Source: a virus. From it: DNA of 64,000 nucleotides. The stretch covers positions 2,331 to 66,330 of IMG/VR virus record IMGVR_UViG_3300044846_002605. One strand, given 5' to 3'. The notes under the pieces are model-generated. The model was not told the DNA's origin and did not search any database. It saw only the letters and a program-made list of their open reading frames with translations. Below are positions 26,199-36,142 of the stretch, piece after piece. The translations under genes and the position numbers were made by a program. Position 1 is the first letter of the stretch; each line of letters opens with the position of its first letter.

Positions 26199-28919
26199 TT
26201 ATACTCTTGAAAGTTTAAATCCAGCCGCAGCTAGTTCCGCCAATTCATTATCATCTAAATCTACCTCTCCTCCAATTTCATATACACGCCCACCATAAGC
26301 AAAGATTTGTCTTTGGTTGTTATAGTATGTATCTGTAGGATTTAGAACTTGATTACCAATGTCATTTGGAATAAAGTTTCCAGCTTGATCATATAGACCT
26401 TGCTTCATTGTATCATAAGTATTGCTTGAACGATTTAGTGCAGAAAATCTAGCTGCATCCCTTTCAGGATTCATTGCATTCATTTTGTTTGCAAAGTTAG
26501 TTACTTTAGAAGCAGCGTTCATATACATGTCACCAGCAGCACCTGCAACTTGATTCCAATTAATATCTAGTTTTTTACCTGCAGATTGTTCAATTGTTCC
26601 GGTTTTGTTAAATGGATTTGGTTGATTCGCTGGTAAACTACTAGCTTGTAAGTAATCAGGAATGCCGTTTCCATCTGCATCTTCAGAACCTAAGTCTAAT
26701 CCATTATTTGCTCTTGGAATCATTCCTCCAAATGCACGGTTAATTAAAGCTATTGCATTTTTTAAATCCTTTGGATTAATGTTACCACCATAACTTTTCA
26801 TGCTAGGATACATAAATTCATCTTCTTCATTTGGAAAATATCCAGCAGATGAATTAGGACTTGAAACAGTTGAAGTAGTTGAAACAGGTTGGGTTTGATC
26901 AATGTTTCCTACAAAATCACCAGTTGGATTTGTAAAACCTGCTTTTCCAGCCATATTTTGAAGTGCTGGATCTACTTCAGTAGATGTTTGAATAACATTT
27001 GATTGCCCTGGAGAAACTACAGCTTGATTAGCTGTTACAACCGGGTTATTTGTTGTTACAGCTGGTTCATTTGTTGATAAAAAATCATCTCCTTCATTTA
27101 ACATACCCATACCAGAACCACCTGTTTTAGTAGAAACTTGCGAGTTTGAAGTATTTGCTGGAGGTGTAGTTGTAGTAGTTGAACTTGTTGAAGTACTAGC
27201 AGGTGCTGAATTATCAACTGTTGCTGTTACGCTAAATGGATCTTCATCCATTCTTTCCATTGCTCCCATGCCAGAACCACCTGTTGGTGTCATTGTACTT
27301 AATGAACCTTGTGGTTTTGTAGCAGGTGGATTTGTAGTAGTTGTAGCTGCAGGATTAGTTGTAGTTGCAGCTGGATTATTTTGAGGCCCTGCTGGATTCA
27401 TTGCTCCCGCAGTACCCCAATCAATTGTGTAACGTACTCCTTTTCTTCTGTTGCCTTTCCAAATACTTCCTTCTTTGAATTTTTCAGCCTCACCAAGTCG
27501 CCATGTTTGATCTCCTACAGTACCAGTCATTCCTGATGCTAGTTTGTCAACCCCACCTATGGCTCCAAGAAATTGATTAGCATTCATGCCACCTGGCAAG
27601 TTAGCTCCAGTAATACGAGGATCATACATATTATTTGTACCAAAACCAGATACCATTCTTGCAAATGGAGATGCACCCGCATACATGTTACCCCAAAGAC
27701 CATTACCCATTGGGTTTTGATATGCTACAGGATTTATTGCACTTGTACCATAATTGTAACCTTGGTTTTGAGTTGCATCTACAACTTTAAACTGTTTTGT
27801 ATTTGGATCATATTGATAATTCTTACCAGCCTCATAAGTTGGTTCAGGTGCTTTCCATGTTTTTAAAGTTGCTGCAACATCAAACTTAGCTTGTTCTTCC
27901 GGACTTAATCCTTGTCTGTAACGATAAGCCGCTAGTTCTGCTTCATCCGCAGTTTTATATTTTGTTACATCAAAACCATCTACAGCTTTAGGAAGATCAC
28001 CGCCATACGCCATTTGATTTCCACTAAGACTTGGAAACTCATCATCTAGTGTAGACTTAAATGCACTGTTTTTAACAGCACCAACAAACATAGATGTTCT
28101 ATCTTTTGCGTAAGTTTTAGAATCAGTTCCAGGAGCAACTGCTGGTCCACCGTAAGCACGGGACATTAATTTTTTAAGGTTCCCTCCAAATTTCATCATT
28201 TGCGCTTCTGGAGCAGCCATGTTTGGATCCATTTGTTGTGGATCTTGTGACTGTGCGGTCATAGTTGCGTCATCTCCTTGAGGATTTGTTGCTTGTTGCA
28301 TTCCGCTTAGTTGCTCTATTACAGATGTTGCAATTTCAGGACTAATCTGACCTTGTTGTGCAGCAGCTTGTATCTGTTCCATAACTTGTCTAGCGTCTGC
28401 ACCTTTTTGCATCATATCTTGAACTTGCTGCATTACTGCTTGCATTTCTTGATTGTCACCTCCTTCAGCGTATGAACGCAAACGTCTTGGCATACGACCA
28501 CCATATCTCATTTGAATTTCTTCAGCAGGAGATGGTTGTCCACCTTGATCTGGAGCAGGTGCACCTTGTTCAGCCATTTCTTCTTGTGGAGCACTAGCTT
28601 GACCTTCCATTTGTTCTTCACCTGGACCTTGTTGCTGTTGACCACCTTCCATAGCTTGTTGAATAGCCATTTGAGCTTCTTGCTCCGGCATTCCCATTTG
28701 AACAAATACCTGCATAATAACTTCAGGCGGAACTTGTTTGCTTAATAATTCAGCAGCAGCTTCAACAGGTTGTACACCTTGTTGCATCATCTGCTGAACC
28801 AATTGCATTATTTGTTGCATTTGCGGATCTTGACCACCTTGTTGAGGCTGACCTTGTTGCATTTGTTCTGGAGCCGGTCCTGGTTGACCTTGCGGCATTT
28901 GGGCTTGTGGATTTTCCAT
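26199..28919 (-). CDS. Low-complexity Gln/Met/Pro- and Thr/Ser-rich putative internal virion protein
   Basis: The track ORF starts at TTG 28949. ATG at 28917-28919 (MENPQAQ) after an A-rich leader is more plausible. First gene after the muzzle gene; nine xxxGG motifs. Confidence 0.65.
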   Translation of the reverse strand: MENPQAQMPQGQPGPAPEQMQQGQPQQGGQDPQMQQIMQLVQQMMQQGVQPVEAAAELLSKQVPPEVIMQVFVQMGMPEQEAQMAIQQAMEGGQQQQGPGEEQMEGQASAPQEEMAEQGAPAPDQGGQPSPAEEIQMRYGGRMPRRLRSYAEGGDNQEMQAVMQQVQDMMQKGADARQVMEQIQAAAQQGQISPEIATSVIEQLSGMQQATNPQGDDATMTAQSQDPQQMDPNMAAPEAQMMKFGGNLKKLMSRAYGGPAVAPGTDSKTYAKDRTSMFVGAVKNSAFKSTLDDEFPSLSGNQMAYGGDLPKAVDGFDVTKYKTADEAELAAYRYRQGLSPEEQAKFDVAATLKTWKAPEPTYEAGKNYQYDPNTKQFKVVDATQNQGYNYGTSAINPVAYQNPMGNGLWGNMYAGASPFARMVSGFGTNNMYDPRITGANLPGGMNANQFLGAIGGVDKLASGMTGTVGDQTWRLGEAEKFKEGSIWKGNRRKGVRYTIDWGTAGAMNPAGPQNNPAATTTNPAATTTTNPPATKPQGSLSTMTPTGGSGMGAMERMDEDPFSVTATVDNSAPASTSTSSTTTTTPPANTSNSQVSTKTGGSGMGMLNEGDDFLSTNEPAVTTNNPVVTANQAVVSPGQSNVIQTSTEVDPALQNMAGKAGFTNPTGDFVGNIDQTQPVSTTSTVSSPNSSAGYFPNEEDEFMYPSMKSYGGNINPKDLKNAIALINRAFGGMIPRANNGLDLGSEDADGNGIPDYLQASSLPANQPNPFNKTGTIEQSAGKKLDINWNQVAGAAGDMYMNAASKVTNFANKMNAMNPERDAARFSALNRSSNTYDTMKQGLYDQAGNFIPNDIGNQVLNPTDTYYNNQRQIFAYGGRVYEIGGEVDLDDNELAELAAAGFKLSRV

Positions 28920-28981
28920 TTTTAATCTTGCTTGTGTTTTAATATACAAAAAAATTTTTACTTATCTTAACTATAAAATGT

Positions 28982-31900
28982 TTATCTGTGAGATAATTGC
29001 TGATTACTTGCAGCCAAACTCACAAGGATTTCTACATTGTTGTTTTTAGTTCTTTTTAAAATTACTCTATTATTAAAATGTCTGAACTTTTTTCTTTGAA
29101 ATTCTTGCTTGTTGTAGTTCAAGTTTACAGGATTCAAATTGCGAATGTAACCATTATCTTCCGTCATCCAAATTCTTTCTTCAGCACCACTGTACTCACC
29201 TCTATCATTTGTTACATCCCAGAATTGATTAAATCTGTACTGTTGCTCTTCTTTAGAAAACAAGATATTGATGTAGTTAGTTTGAATATTTGGGAATGTA
29301 AGCAACAATGGCAAGTTATTCTTTGGTGTAAGATGTAGTTTAAGTAATCCGGAAACTTGTTCTGAATTGTAAACTATAGCCTCATCAAATCCATGATCTA
29401 ATACATGGAAACGGTCATAACAGTTTTGCTCATCATAAACATAACTTTCAATGTAGTATTCAACATTGCGCATAGTTGCTACAGCAAGTTTATTGTCTAA
29501 CTGAAACTCAACTTCAAATGGATAATCCTCACCATAGTAATTACAATATTTGTTACAAACATTGTTGTGTTTCCAAATGCTATTATCCTTAGTTGTAAGG
29601 AATGTATTCTTTGCTCCTAAAGATAAATCTGGATGCCAATCATGGAATGACACAAACTCTTCAATTTTTGGATCATAACTCAAAGTCCATGAACAATCAT
29701 CAAAATAAAGCGGATCCCCTGTTTTGGCAATAAACACACCGTTAATTAAAAACTTAGAACCTCCAATATATTCTACTGTTACCGGCAAGTTTTTCTTTAG
29801 TCTGTAATCTTTCTTACAGAAATAAACCAAACTGTACTCATTGTCATAAATAGTTTGACATCCAATTCCAGCAACAGGATTATCTGTAACAGAATATGTT
29901 GGAAAGTCTTCTAGGAGTTTATACGGCAAGTAAATGTTTAACCAGAATCTATTTCCTTTAAGTGAGATTTCTTTTAATCCACCCGCGTAACAAAATATCT
30001 TACCTTGGTTAAGATTCATCCAGAATACACCGGCTGGCGTATTTAGTACAGACAGTCTACTTTGACATGATCCATATTCATAAGATAACTCAGAGTTTGA
30101 TAATTGCTGTAGTTGTCTTGAAAATAATCTACCATCGCCAATTGTGATATTGGCACCACCTGTTGTTTGCATTTCATCTACACCCGGTAACATTCCCGGT
30201 GCTTGATTTTCAAACAAAATCAGCGCGGCTGTTCTATTAATTGGTTTTATAGATGTTACATTACTTTCATAATCAGCATAATTATTTGGTAAGAATACTC
30301 TCCATTGATCTTTTTTAGCAAGTGAAACATTTTGCGCACCAGCTGCTTGTGGCAATGAATACAGTAATCTTCTTGGGTATTTTGTATAACATGTTTCAGA
30401 TAGCAATGGATTGTAATCTCTAGCCTGCATTACTCCCCATGGAATCTTTTGACTTGCCATAAATGACCATGACAAACTTCTATCAATTTGATAATAGTTG
30501 TCTGCCTTAATCAAGTTCATATTAAATATGGTTTTTAAATCTGAAAGAATTGGATAATGTTTTTTAGCATCTGTGTCTTGCCAGTCACGCATATCTACAT
30601 TAAACTCTGATTCTACAAAGAAATCGCGAACACCTGAATTGAATAAATACATGTATGCTCTTTTCAACAAAAACACACCGTTTTGTCCATTCAATCTATC
30701 AAAACAATGTTTATCACTTGGAGTAACCAAACTTGAAAAGAATGTTGATATTGAACCCGAAGTTATTGCAGTTTGTAAAGCTGCAGGAACACTTTGAACA
30801 AACTCCATTAAATCAAAAGGATCAGTGTCCATCCAAAAGGCTGTCCACTCAAACATTTTTTGCTTATTGTAATTTAAAATAGCACCATCTGGTTGACCAT
30901 TTAACCATTGTTGAAAATAAAACAAAGTGTTTTTTTCAGAGTATTTTCCAATATAAGTATCACCACCAAATAGTACAGGTGAATTAGTTGTTGCTATAGG
31001 TGTTACACATGAAGAAACCAAAAGTTGTCGTATAGATTGCAACTGTCCATATTGATTACGAAGTCTTGTTTTAAGTGCAACATAATGCGAAGAGGCTCTT
31101 CTAGAAAAATTATCAAGATGTCTGTCAGCTGGCATTGTTGAAACTCTAGGTGGTCTAGAAACATCTACTATTGCTCCAGTAATATTTTCAATATTAACAG
31201 GTGTATCAAACATCACAGTTTCATTTCTGTAAATGTGATTAACAATATAATTTGTTGAATAATCTTGTACCCCAGGATTTAAGTATCTAGCATCATTTAT
31301 TCTGCGTCTTCTGTTATTTGCATAAGGCGCGGCAAATTTTTCATACTTACACAATGATTGATATTGTAAAGCAAATTGATGCCATGCACCTAATGACTCT
31401 ATTAACTTAAAAGTTGTATCAGCACCTGCGGCCATGTAACTTAAAAACATTGGATTACCTAATGCCAATAATGCTCCTTTTAATATACCAGGAGCAGCAT
31501 CTTGATCTTTATATGTAATCTCAACAAATCCTGTAGTAACCCCAGTTAATGGAACTTGAGCCGCAGTTCTTGAAGCTGTAAGTAGTCCTGTTTGAGCACC
31601 ACCTACTGCTGATGCTACACCAATATTTTGTCCACTTAAAGCATCGGCCATACCTTGTACACCAACTGTACCCAAAGCCGCAGTTTCTGCCGCAGTTAAT
31701 ACTGCTCCCAATGGAACAACGTTACCTGAAGATGTTGATGAACCAGCAAAAATTGGATCATTATCAATTTGGTATCCGCGGTATTTTGCTTCACGAGAAC
31801 CAATCATCTTAGTAATTGCATAACCAAATCCAACTACAATTCCTGTAATAAAAGATACATCAGTTATAAATTTATGACGCGGATGATTTTCTGGTTCAAC

Positions 31901-33889
31901 ATAAGCACCTTGACTATTTCCCCATGCCGCACCATAAATTTTAACTTCATCATCTACTAAGAATGGTCTTGCAAACATGCAATCCGGAGAATGAAAAGTA
32001 AAGTGTTTTTTACTATAATTTGCATTAGGTGTGTAATTTATCAAACCTCCTTGAAGTGGTTCGTAACTAGTTGGCAAAGGATTAGATGAAATAAATGGAT
32101 CAGGTCTTAAATCATTAAATGGATAATTTGCATACAATGCTGTTCTGTTTGTTATTAAGTTAGGCGCATCATATTGAAACATGTTATTAATAAGCCCTTT
32201 GTATAAAACTGACTTAGATCCCGTTCTGTTGCCTCTTAAAATTTCATATCCAACAATGTTTGTAATTACATTTCCATTATTATCTACAGGCGGCTGAATG
32301 TTATCAAATCTAACACCCATTATTCTAATTTTATCTCCACCATCTTTATAATGGTTGGTGATTGTAGTAGTAGATCCACCAGAAGTAATTACATTTTCTG
32401 GAAACTTATGGTGACGAATTGGTTGTCCACATAAATTCCAATCAGGTCTACCAGGTACATTTGAGTTCCAAATTTCTGGATGTTTATCATCATATAATTC
32501 AACTGACTCCCAATAACCCATTTGTCCTTCTGCAACTAATAGTCCGCCATCAGGTGTTGGTGTATTTGGAGTTGATATTAAAGTAGCTGTATTATAAACC
32601 TCAAATACTCTTGGTGTGTAATCAGGAGATTCAATATCATTTATTGTAGCAGGACAAGGTGCAACTTCAGATATAGCACCTGCATTTCCACCAGCATCAT
32701 TTGTTAAATAAAATTGACCTGCACCGCGTCCTGGAATATGATAACTATTTGATTTATCACCTGTGTTATAGACAAACCGAATAAAAAATGAATACACTTC
32801 ATCACGCATGTATCCAATATTAGTTCCTCCGCTTTTATAGTATTCATCCTTATACTCTACACATTGCCAAAAAGTTCCAATTTGATTTGCCAAAGGTTGA
32901 TAATTAAAGTCAAACTTTGTTGTTGGCCCTACTCTTAAAGCATACTGGCCAACATTAAATATAGCTTCTGACTTATCGGGAATTGGAGTAATCACCGTTA
33001 GATCCGCTAATGGAACTACCGGAAGAGTGATGTCAATATAATCTATAGAAACAACATTCTGTCTGGTGCTATAAGTACCAATCCTTCTAGCTACAGTTTT
33101 TTCATTTATAGTTGAAATCAACACCAATTCATAACTGTCAAAATTGACATCTAAATTGGAAATGTAAATATCTATAGAGCTATTGACATTAGTATGATCA
33201 AAAAGAGTTAATGGATTAGATGGAATAAAGTAATCAGTTACTCGTTGATCATCTTCCATATAAGCTACTTGCGCTTGATATGTACCATTTAAAATACTTG
33301 CTACACCCTTTCCTTTAACAATATTAATGCATGGTGTTTCAATGAAAGATTCCAATCTAATTTTATCACAATCTAATTCATCTGTATCTACACAAGTTGT
33401 ACATCCATTTACAGTTGTGCAAATTTGTTTCCATGGAACATCTCCAATATCCAATACTCTGGATACATTGCGACCATCATCCCAATAAGCATTAAAAGAA
33501 CAATCAAAAGTTGCTCTTGTGATTCCTTTAATCAGATTATCAGTATGAAAATTTAAACATTTGTCATTTACAATAGTATTGTAAGAACAAGTGCCTTCTT
33601 TGAAAAGACCAATTTCAGAATCAGTGTTATTTGTAGAAAAAATTACCCACTTGTCTTCTTCTAAGTGTAATGCTCCAATAATTGTATATGGAACAAATGT
33701 ACAGAAGTTATTAGCAGGCTCAGTGCTAAGTTTACCTAAGTCCCCTTTTCTTGTATTGTTAATTGCGTTTCTGGCATAAGTCCATGAATTTTCCGGTAAA
33801 TGAAAATCACTTGTATCTGTTACAAGTGATTTATCAAATGTTTTTTGATTCTTAAATGTAGAACTGCCACCGCTTCTTTGCTTTGCCAT
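28982..33889 (-). CDS. Tail stabilization / muzzle protein (1635 aa)
   Basis: Motifs typical of crAss-like tail stabilization proteins (YARNA, GYMRDEVYSF, IRHHKFP, GYEILRG, LFGGDTYI, WTLSY...SFHDW); lies after the ring genes and before the cargo genes. Confidence 0.8.
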   Translation of the reverse strand: MAKQRSGGSSTFKNQKTFDKSLVTDTSDFHLPENSWTYARNAINNTRKGDLGKLSTEPANNFCTFVPYTIIGALHLEEDKWVIFSTNNTDSEIGLFKEGTCSYNTIVNDKCLNFHTDNLIKGITRATFDCSFNAYWDDGRNVSRVLDIGDVPWKQICTTVNGCTTCVDTDELDCDKIRLESFIETPCINIVKGKGVASILNGTYQAQVAYMEDDQRVTDYFIPSNPLTLFDHTNVNSSIDIYISNLDVNFDSYELVLISTINEKTVARRIGTYSTRQNVVSIDYIDITLPVVPLADLTVITPIPDKSEAIFNVGQYALRVGPTTKFDFNYQPLANQIGTFWQCVEYKDEYYKSGGTNIGYMRDEVYSFFIRFVYNTGDKSNSYHIPGRGAGQFYLTNDAGGNAGAISEVAPCPATINDIESPDYTPRVFEVYNTATLISTPNTPTPDGGLLVAEGQMGYWESVELYDDKHPEIWNSNVPGRPDWNLCGQPIRHHKFPENVITSGGSTTTITNHYKDGGDKIRIMGVRFDNIQPPVDNNGNVITNIVGYEILRGNRTGSKSVLYKGLINNMFQYDAPNLITNRTALYANYPFNDLRPDPFISSNPLPTSYEPLQGGLINYTPNANYSKKHFTFHSPDCMFARPFLVDDEVKIYGAAWGNSQGAYVEPENHPRHKFITDVSFITGIVVGFGYAITKMIGSREAKYRGYQIDNDPIFAGSSTSSGNVVPLGAVLTAAETAALGTVGVQGMADALSGQNIGVASAVGGAQTGLLTASRTAAQVPLTGVTTGFVEITYKDQDAAPGILKGALLALGNPMFLSYMAAGADTTFKLIESLGAWHQFALQYQSLCKYEKFAAPYANNRRRRINDARYLNPGVQDYSTNYIVNHIYRNETVMFDTPVNIENITGAIVDVSRPPRVSTMPADRHLDNFSRRASSHYVALKTRLRNQYGQLQSIRQLLVSSCVTPIATTNSPVLFGGDTYIGKYSEKNTLFYFQQWLNGQPDGAILNYNKQKMFEWTAFWMDTDPFDLMEFVQSVPAALQTAITSGSISTFFSSLVTPSDKHCFDRLNGQNGVFLLKRAYMYLFNSGVRDFFVESEFNVDMRDWQDTDAKKHYPILSDLKTIFNMNLIKADNYYQIDRSLSWSFMASQKIPWGVMQARDYNPLLSETCYTKYPRRLLYSLPQAAGAQNVSLAKKDQWRVFLPNNYADYESNVTSIKPINRTAALILFENQAPGMLPGVDEMQTTGGANITIGDGRLFSRQLQQLSNSELSYEYGSCQSRLSVLNTPAGVFWMNLNQGKIFCYAGGLKEISLKGNRFWLNIYLPYKLLEDFPTYSVTDNPVAGIGCQTIYDNEYSLVYFCKKDYRLKKNLPVTVEYIGGSKFLINGVFIAKTGDPLYFDDCSWTLSYDPKIEEFVSFHDWHPDLSLGAKNTFLTTKDNSIWKHNNVCNKYCNYYGEDYPFEVEFQLDNKLAVATMRNVEYYIESYVYDEQNCYDRFHVLDHGFDEAIVYNSEQVSGLLKLHLTPKNNLPLLLTFPNIQTNYINILFSKEEQQYRFNQFWDVTNDRGEYSGAEERIWMTEDNGYIRNLNPVNLNYNKQEFQRKKFRHFNNRVILKRTKNNNVEILVSLAASNQQLSHR

Positions 33890-33891
33890 AA

Positions 33892-34863
33892 TTAGTAAGA
33901 TCTAAACATGTTATAAAAATTATGATACTGAGCTTTTCTATTCACTTCCCAGATGCGTCTTAGTTCACTAAAGTTTGGTGTATTTACCAAACTATATGCA
34001 TTGTTTCTAGCTGCTCTTAATCTTTGTTCAATGATTTGAATTTGGTTTCCATTTACATTTTCACCATTCATAATCATGTTTTCTAATACGCGTTGTTTAA
34101 TTGCATACTCATAAAACTCATTAAGCATATCATGATCCGGAACCAATAAGTTTCCATCATCATCTTCCATCATTCCTTGATAGTTCACATACAGCTTTCC
34201 TGTTTTAAAAGATGTGTATATAAATCCATCTTTGATATAGGCGGTATCTCTAGCCTGCCACGTTTTATTTGGACAATCTGGATCTACAACATCAGGGCTA
34301 TTTATCATTCTTATAGAACGCATAGTTGTCCATCTCCTCGTGTGATATTTAAAGTGTTGGGTTAAGGCCACAAAATTACCTTTGCAATCTAACTTTACAT
34401 CTCCTATAGGTTTACACGAACATGTTTCATATTTAGAACCACAATCATTGCAACTATGTGGATGAGGAACAGCACACGGCTCACAACTTGGTTCTGTAGG
34501 AGCAAGTGCAGGAGAACACAGATTTACATCATTCCAATTTCCTGGATTATAAACTGGCCCTAAGTTAACACTTTCAACATGTGTTCCAGAAATCAATGGC
34601 TCAACAATAAAATGATCAATCAGCATGAATGTAAAATTCAATACCTGAAAGTTATTAGGGAGCTTTGCTCTTCCTTTTTCTATATCCAATACAACTTCTT
34701 TGGTTTTAAAAATCCTAAGTCCTAATTCATAGTTGCATCTTTTTGCAACTTTGATGAACTCTTGAGGATTAATAAAATCTTCTAAGTAGTATTTTTTAAA
34801 ATCAGATTGGATCTCAGCCAATAACTGATCATAAGTTCTGTAATTTAAAAAAGTATTTGGCAT
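33892..34863 (-). CDS. Tail ring / tubular (head-tail adaptor) protein with Cys-rich insertion
   Basis: 323 aa directly upstream of the muzzle gene; YIKDGFIYTSFKTGKLYVNYQGMMEDDDGNLLVPD resembles crAss-like tail tubular proteins. Confidence 0.7.
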   Translation of the reverse strand: MPNTFLNYRTYDQLLAEIQSDFKKYYLEDFINPQEFIKVAKRCNYELGLRIFKTKEVVLDIEKGRAKLPNNFQVLNFTFMLIDHFIVEPLISGTHVESVNLGPVYNPGNWNDVNLCSPALAPTEPSCEPCAVPHPHSCNDCGSKYETCSCKPIGDVKLDCKGNFVALTQHFKYHTRRWTTMRSIRMINSPDVVDPDCPNKTWQARDTAYIKDGFIYTSFKTGKLYVNYQGMMEDDDGNLLVPDHDMLNEFYEYAIKQRVLENMIMNGENVNGNQIQIIEQRLRAARNNAYSLVNTPNFSELRRIWEVNRKAQYHNFYNMFRSY

Positions 34864-34864
34864 C

Positions 34865-35536
34865 TTATCTCAGTATATTTTGTGAATTATCTCCAGTATC
34901 TGGTGGAAGTTTGGCAAGTGTCATCAACTCTTGTTGAGTCATTTGTTCAATTTCAGCAAACATGTAATCTGGAATTGTTACATTTCTATCTTGAGCTTGT
35001 GTGCAATCAGAATCATTCTCATTACAAAAAGCATCAACCGGTTCTTCAAACATTCCTTCTACAGATACAGCATCCCAAACAATATCTGGAAAATACAAGT
35101 ACCCATTTTTGTACCAATAGTAGTGCGTCTTGTTGTATTTAAAATTTGTTGATTGTGTCATAGAAACATAAACTGCAGCCAAACATTGTTGAAACACATC
35201 GCTCCCATCAATTGGTGCAATTGTTCTAAAGATTGGACCATTACTTCCAGACATTAACTTTGGAAGTTTGTTTTTGGTTCGCATAATCTTGCATCCAGTT
35301 TTTATTCTAGCGCAGTCTGCTTCAATTCGGTCCACTTCAATTAACTCAACATACGGCAATGTTTCAAATAAGCTGTCGTACTGCATTAATTTATTTTCTA
35401 CATCTTGTCTTCTAATTAAAGCTTTTGAATACTTTATAAGCAAGCTGTAAATAAAACGGTCTGTTAAAAATGCATCTTCATTTACTAACTTGAAGACATT
35501 TCTAATTCTTGATATGGACTCTCTTATTGTTGTCAT
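34865..35536 (-). CDS. Tail ring protein
   Basis: 223 aa; RTKNKLPKL and YYWYKNGYLYF...VEGMFEEP pattern; size and position fit a crAss-like ring protein. Confidence 0.65.
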   Translation of the reverse strand: MTTIRESISRIRNVFKLVNEDAFLTDRFIYSLLIKYSKALIRRQDVENKLMQYDSLFETLPYVELIEVDRIEADCARIKTGCKIMRTKNKLPKLMSGSNGPIFRTIAPIDGSDVFQQCLAAVYVSMTQSTNFKYNKTHYYWYKNGYLYFPDIVWDAVSVEGMFEEPVDAFCNENDSDCTQAQDRNVTIPDYMFAEIEQMTQQELMTLAKLPPDTGDNSQNILR

Positions 35537-35538
35537 GG

Positions 35539-36030
35539 CTATATGTTAATATCAACAGTGGAATTATAATTTACACAAAGACATCTAGCCCAATGCTTTT
35601 TAAAATAAGCACTGGCTTGTCTTCTGAACTGTTGAAGAGGATTAAATGAAAACATGTTAGCATTTTTTACCATGGTTCTTTTGGTTTGATTAATATACAC
35701 AATTCGCATCATGTTGTTATCTGTATCCCAATTTTTATGATAAACTGTTTTTCCTGCCAACTTTGACTTAGCGTAGTCTATAGACTTACCCTTTGCTTTT
35801 CCAGCATTATTAATAAACACAGCACCAATATTTTCAGGAAGTATTACTCCATAAATATTGTTCATTGTTTCTTCTGCCATGTTTGAATTAAATGCTCTCA
35901 TGATTTTTATGATTGCAGACTTATCTAAATTGTACTTTGGGTGCAACTTATTAAAGTCTTTAACTTCTTTATAGTTAATTACTTTTCCCTTCTTCTCAGT
36001 TACTCTTGGTTTATTTAAGTCAACCTGCAT
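35539..36030 (-). CDS. Basic IHF/HU-like protein
   Basis: Likely start is ATG 36028-36030 (MQVDLNKP), because the longer track start runs through a terminator. Helix-helix followed by VILPENIGAVFI resembles divergent IHF-like genes next to crAss-like tail genes. Confidence 0.5.
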   Translation of the reverse strand: MQVDLNKPRVTEKKGKVINYKEVKDFNKLHPKYNLDKSAIIKIMRAFNSNMAEETMNNIYGVILPENIGAVFINNAGKAKGKSIDYAKSKLAGKTVYHKNWDTDNNMMRIVYINQTKRTMVKNANMFSFNPLQQFRRQASAYFKKHWARCLCVNYNSTVDINI

Positions 36031-36069
36031 ATAATATACTAATTTATCCTCAAAAATACAAATTAAATA

Positions 36070-36099
36070 GTAAAACAAACCCCAGATTGCTCCGGGGTT
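36070..36099 (-). terminator. Rho-independent terminator
   Basis: Minus strand AACCCCGGA-GCAA-TCTGGGGTT then TGTTTT: 9 bp stem with a GNRA tetraloop. Confidence 0.75.
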
Positions 36100-36140
36100 C
36101 ATCCTAGTCAGTCACATAAACCAACCTTCTGTGACATTTT
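36070..36140 (-). ncRNA. Candidate two-hairpin 3'-end-derived antisense RNA element
   Basis: Hairpin GTCACA-GAAGGTTGGTTTA-TGTGAC followed by the terminator hairpin; complementary to the start regions of three minus-strand genes (see findings). Confidence 0.3.
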
Positions 36141-36142
36141 TT

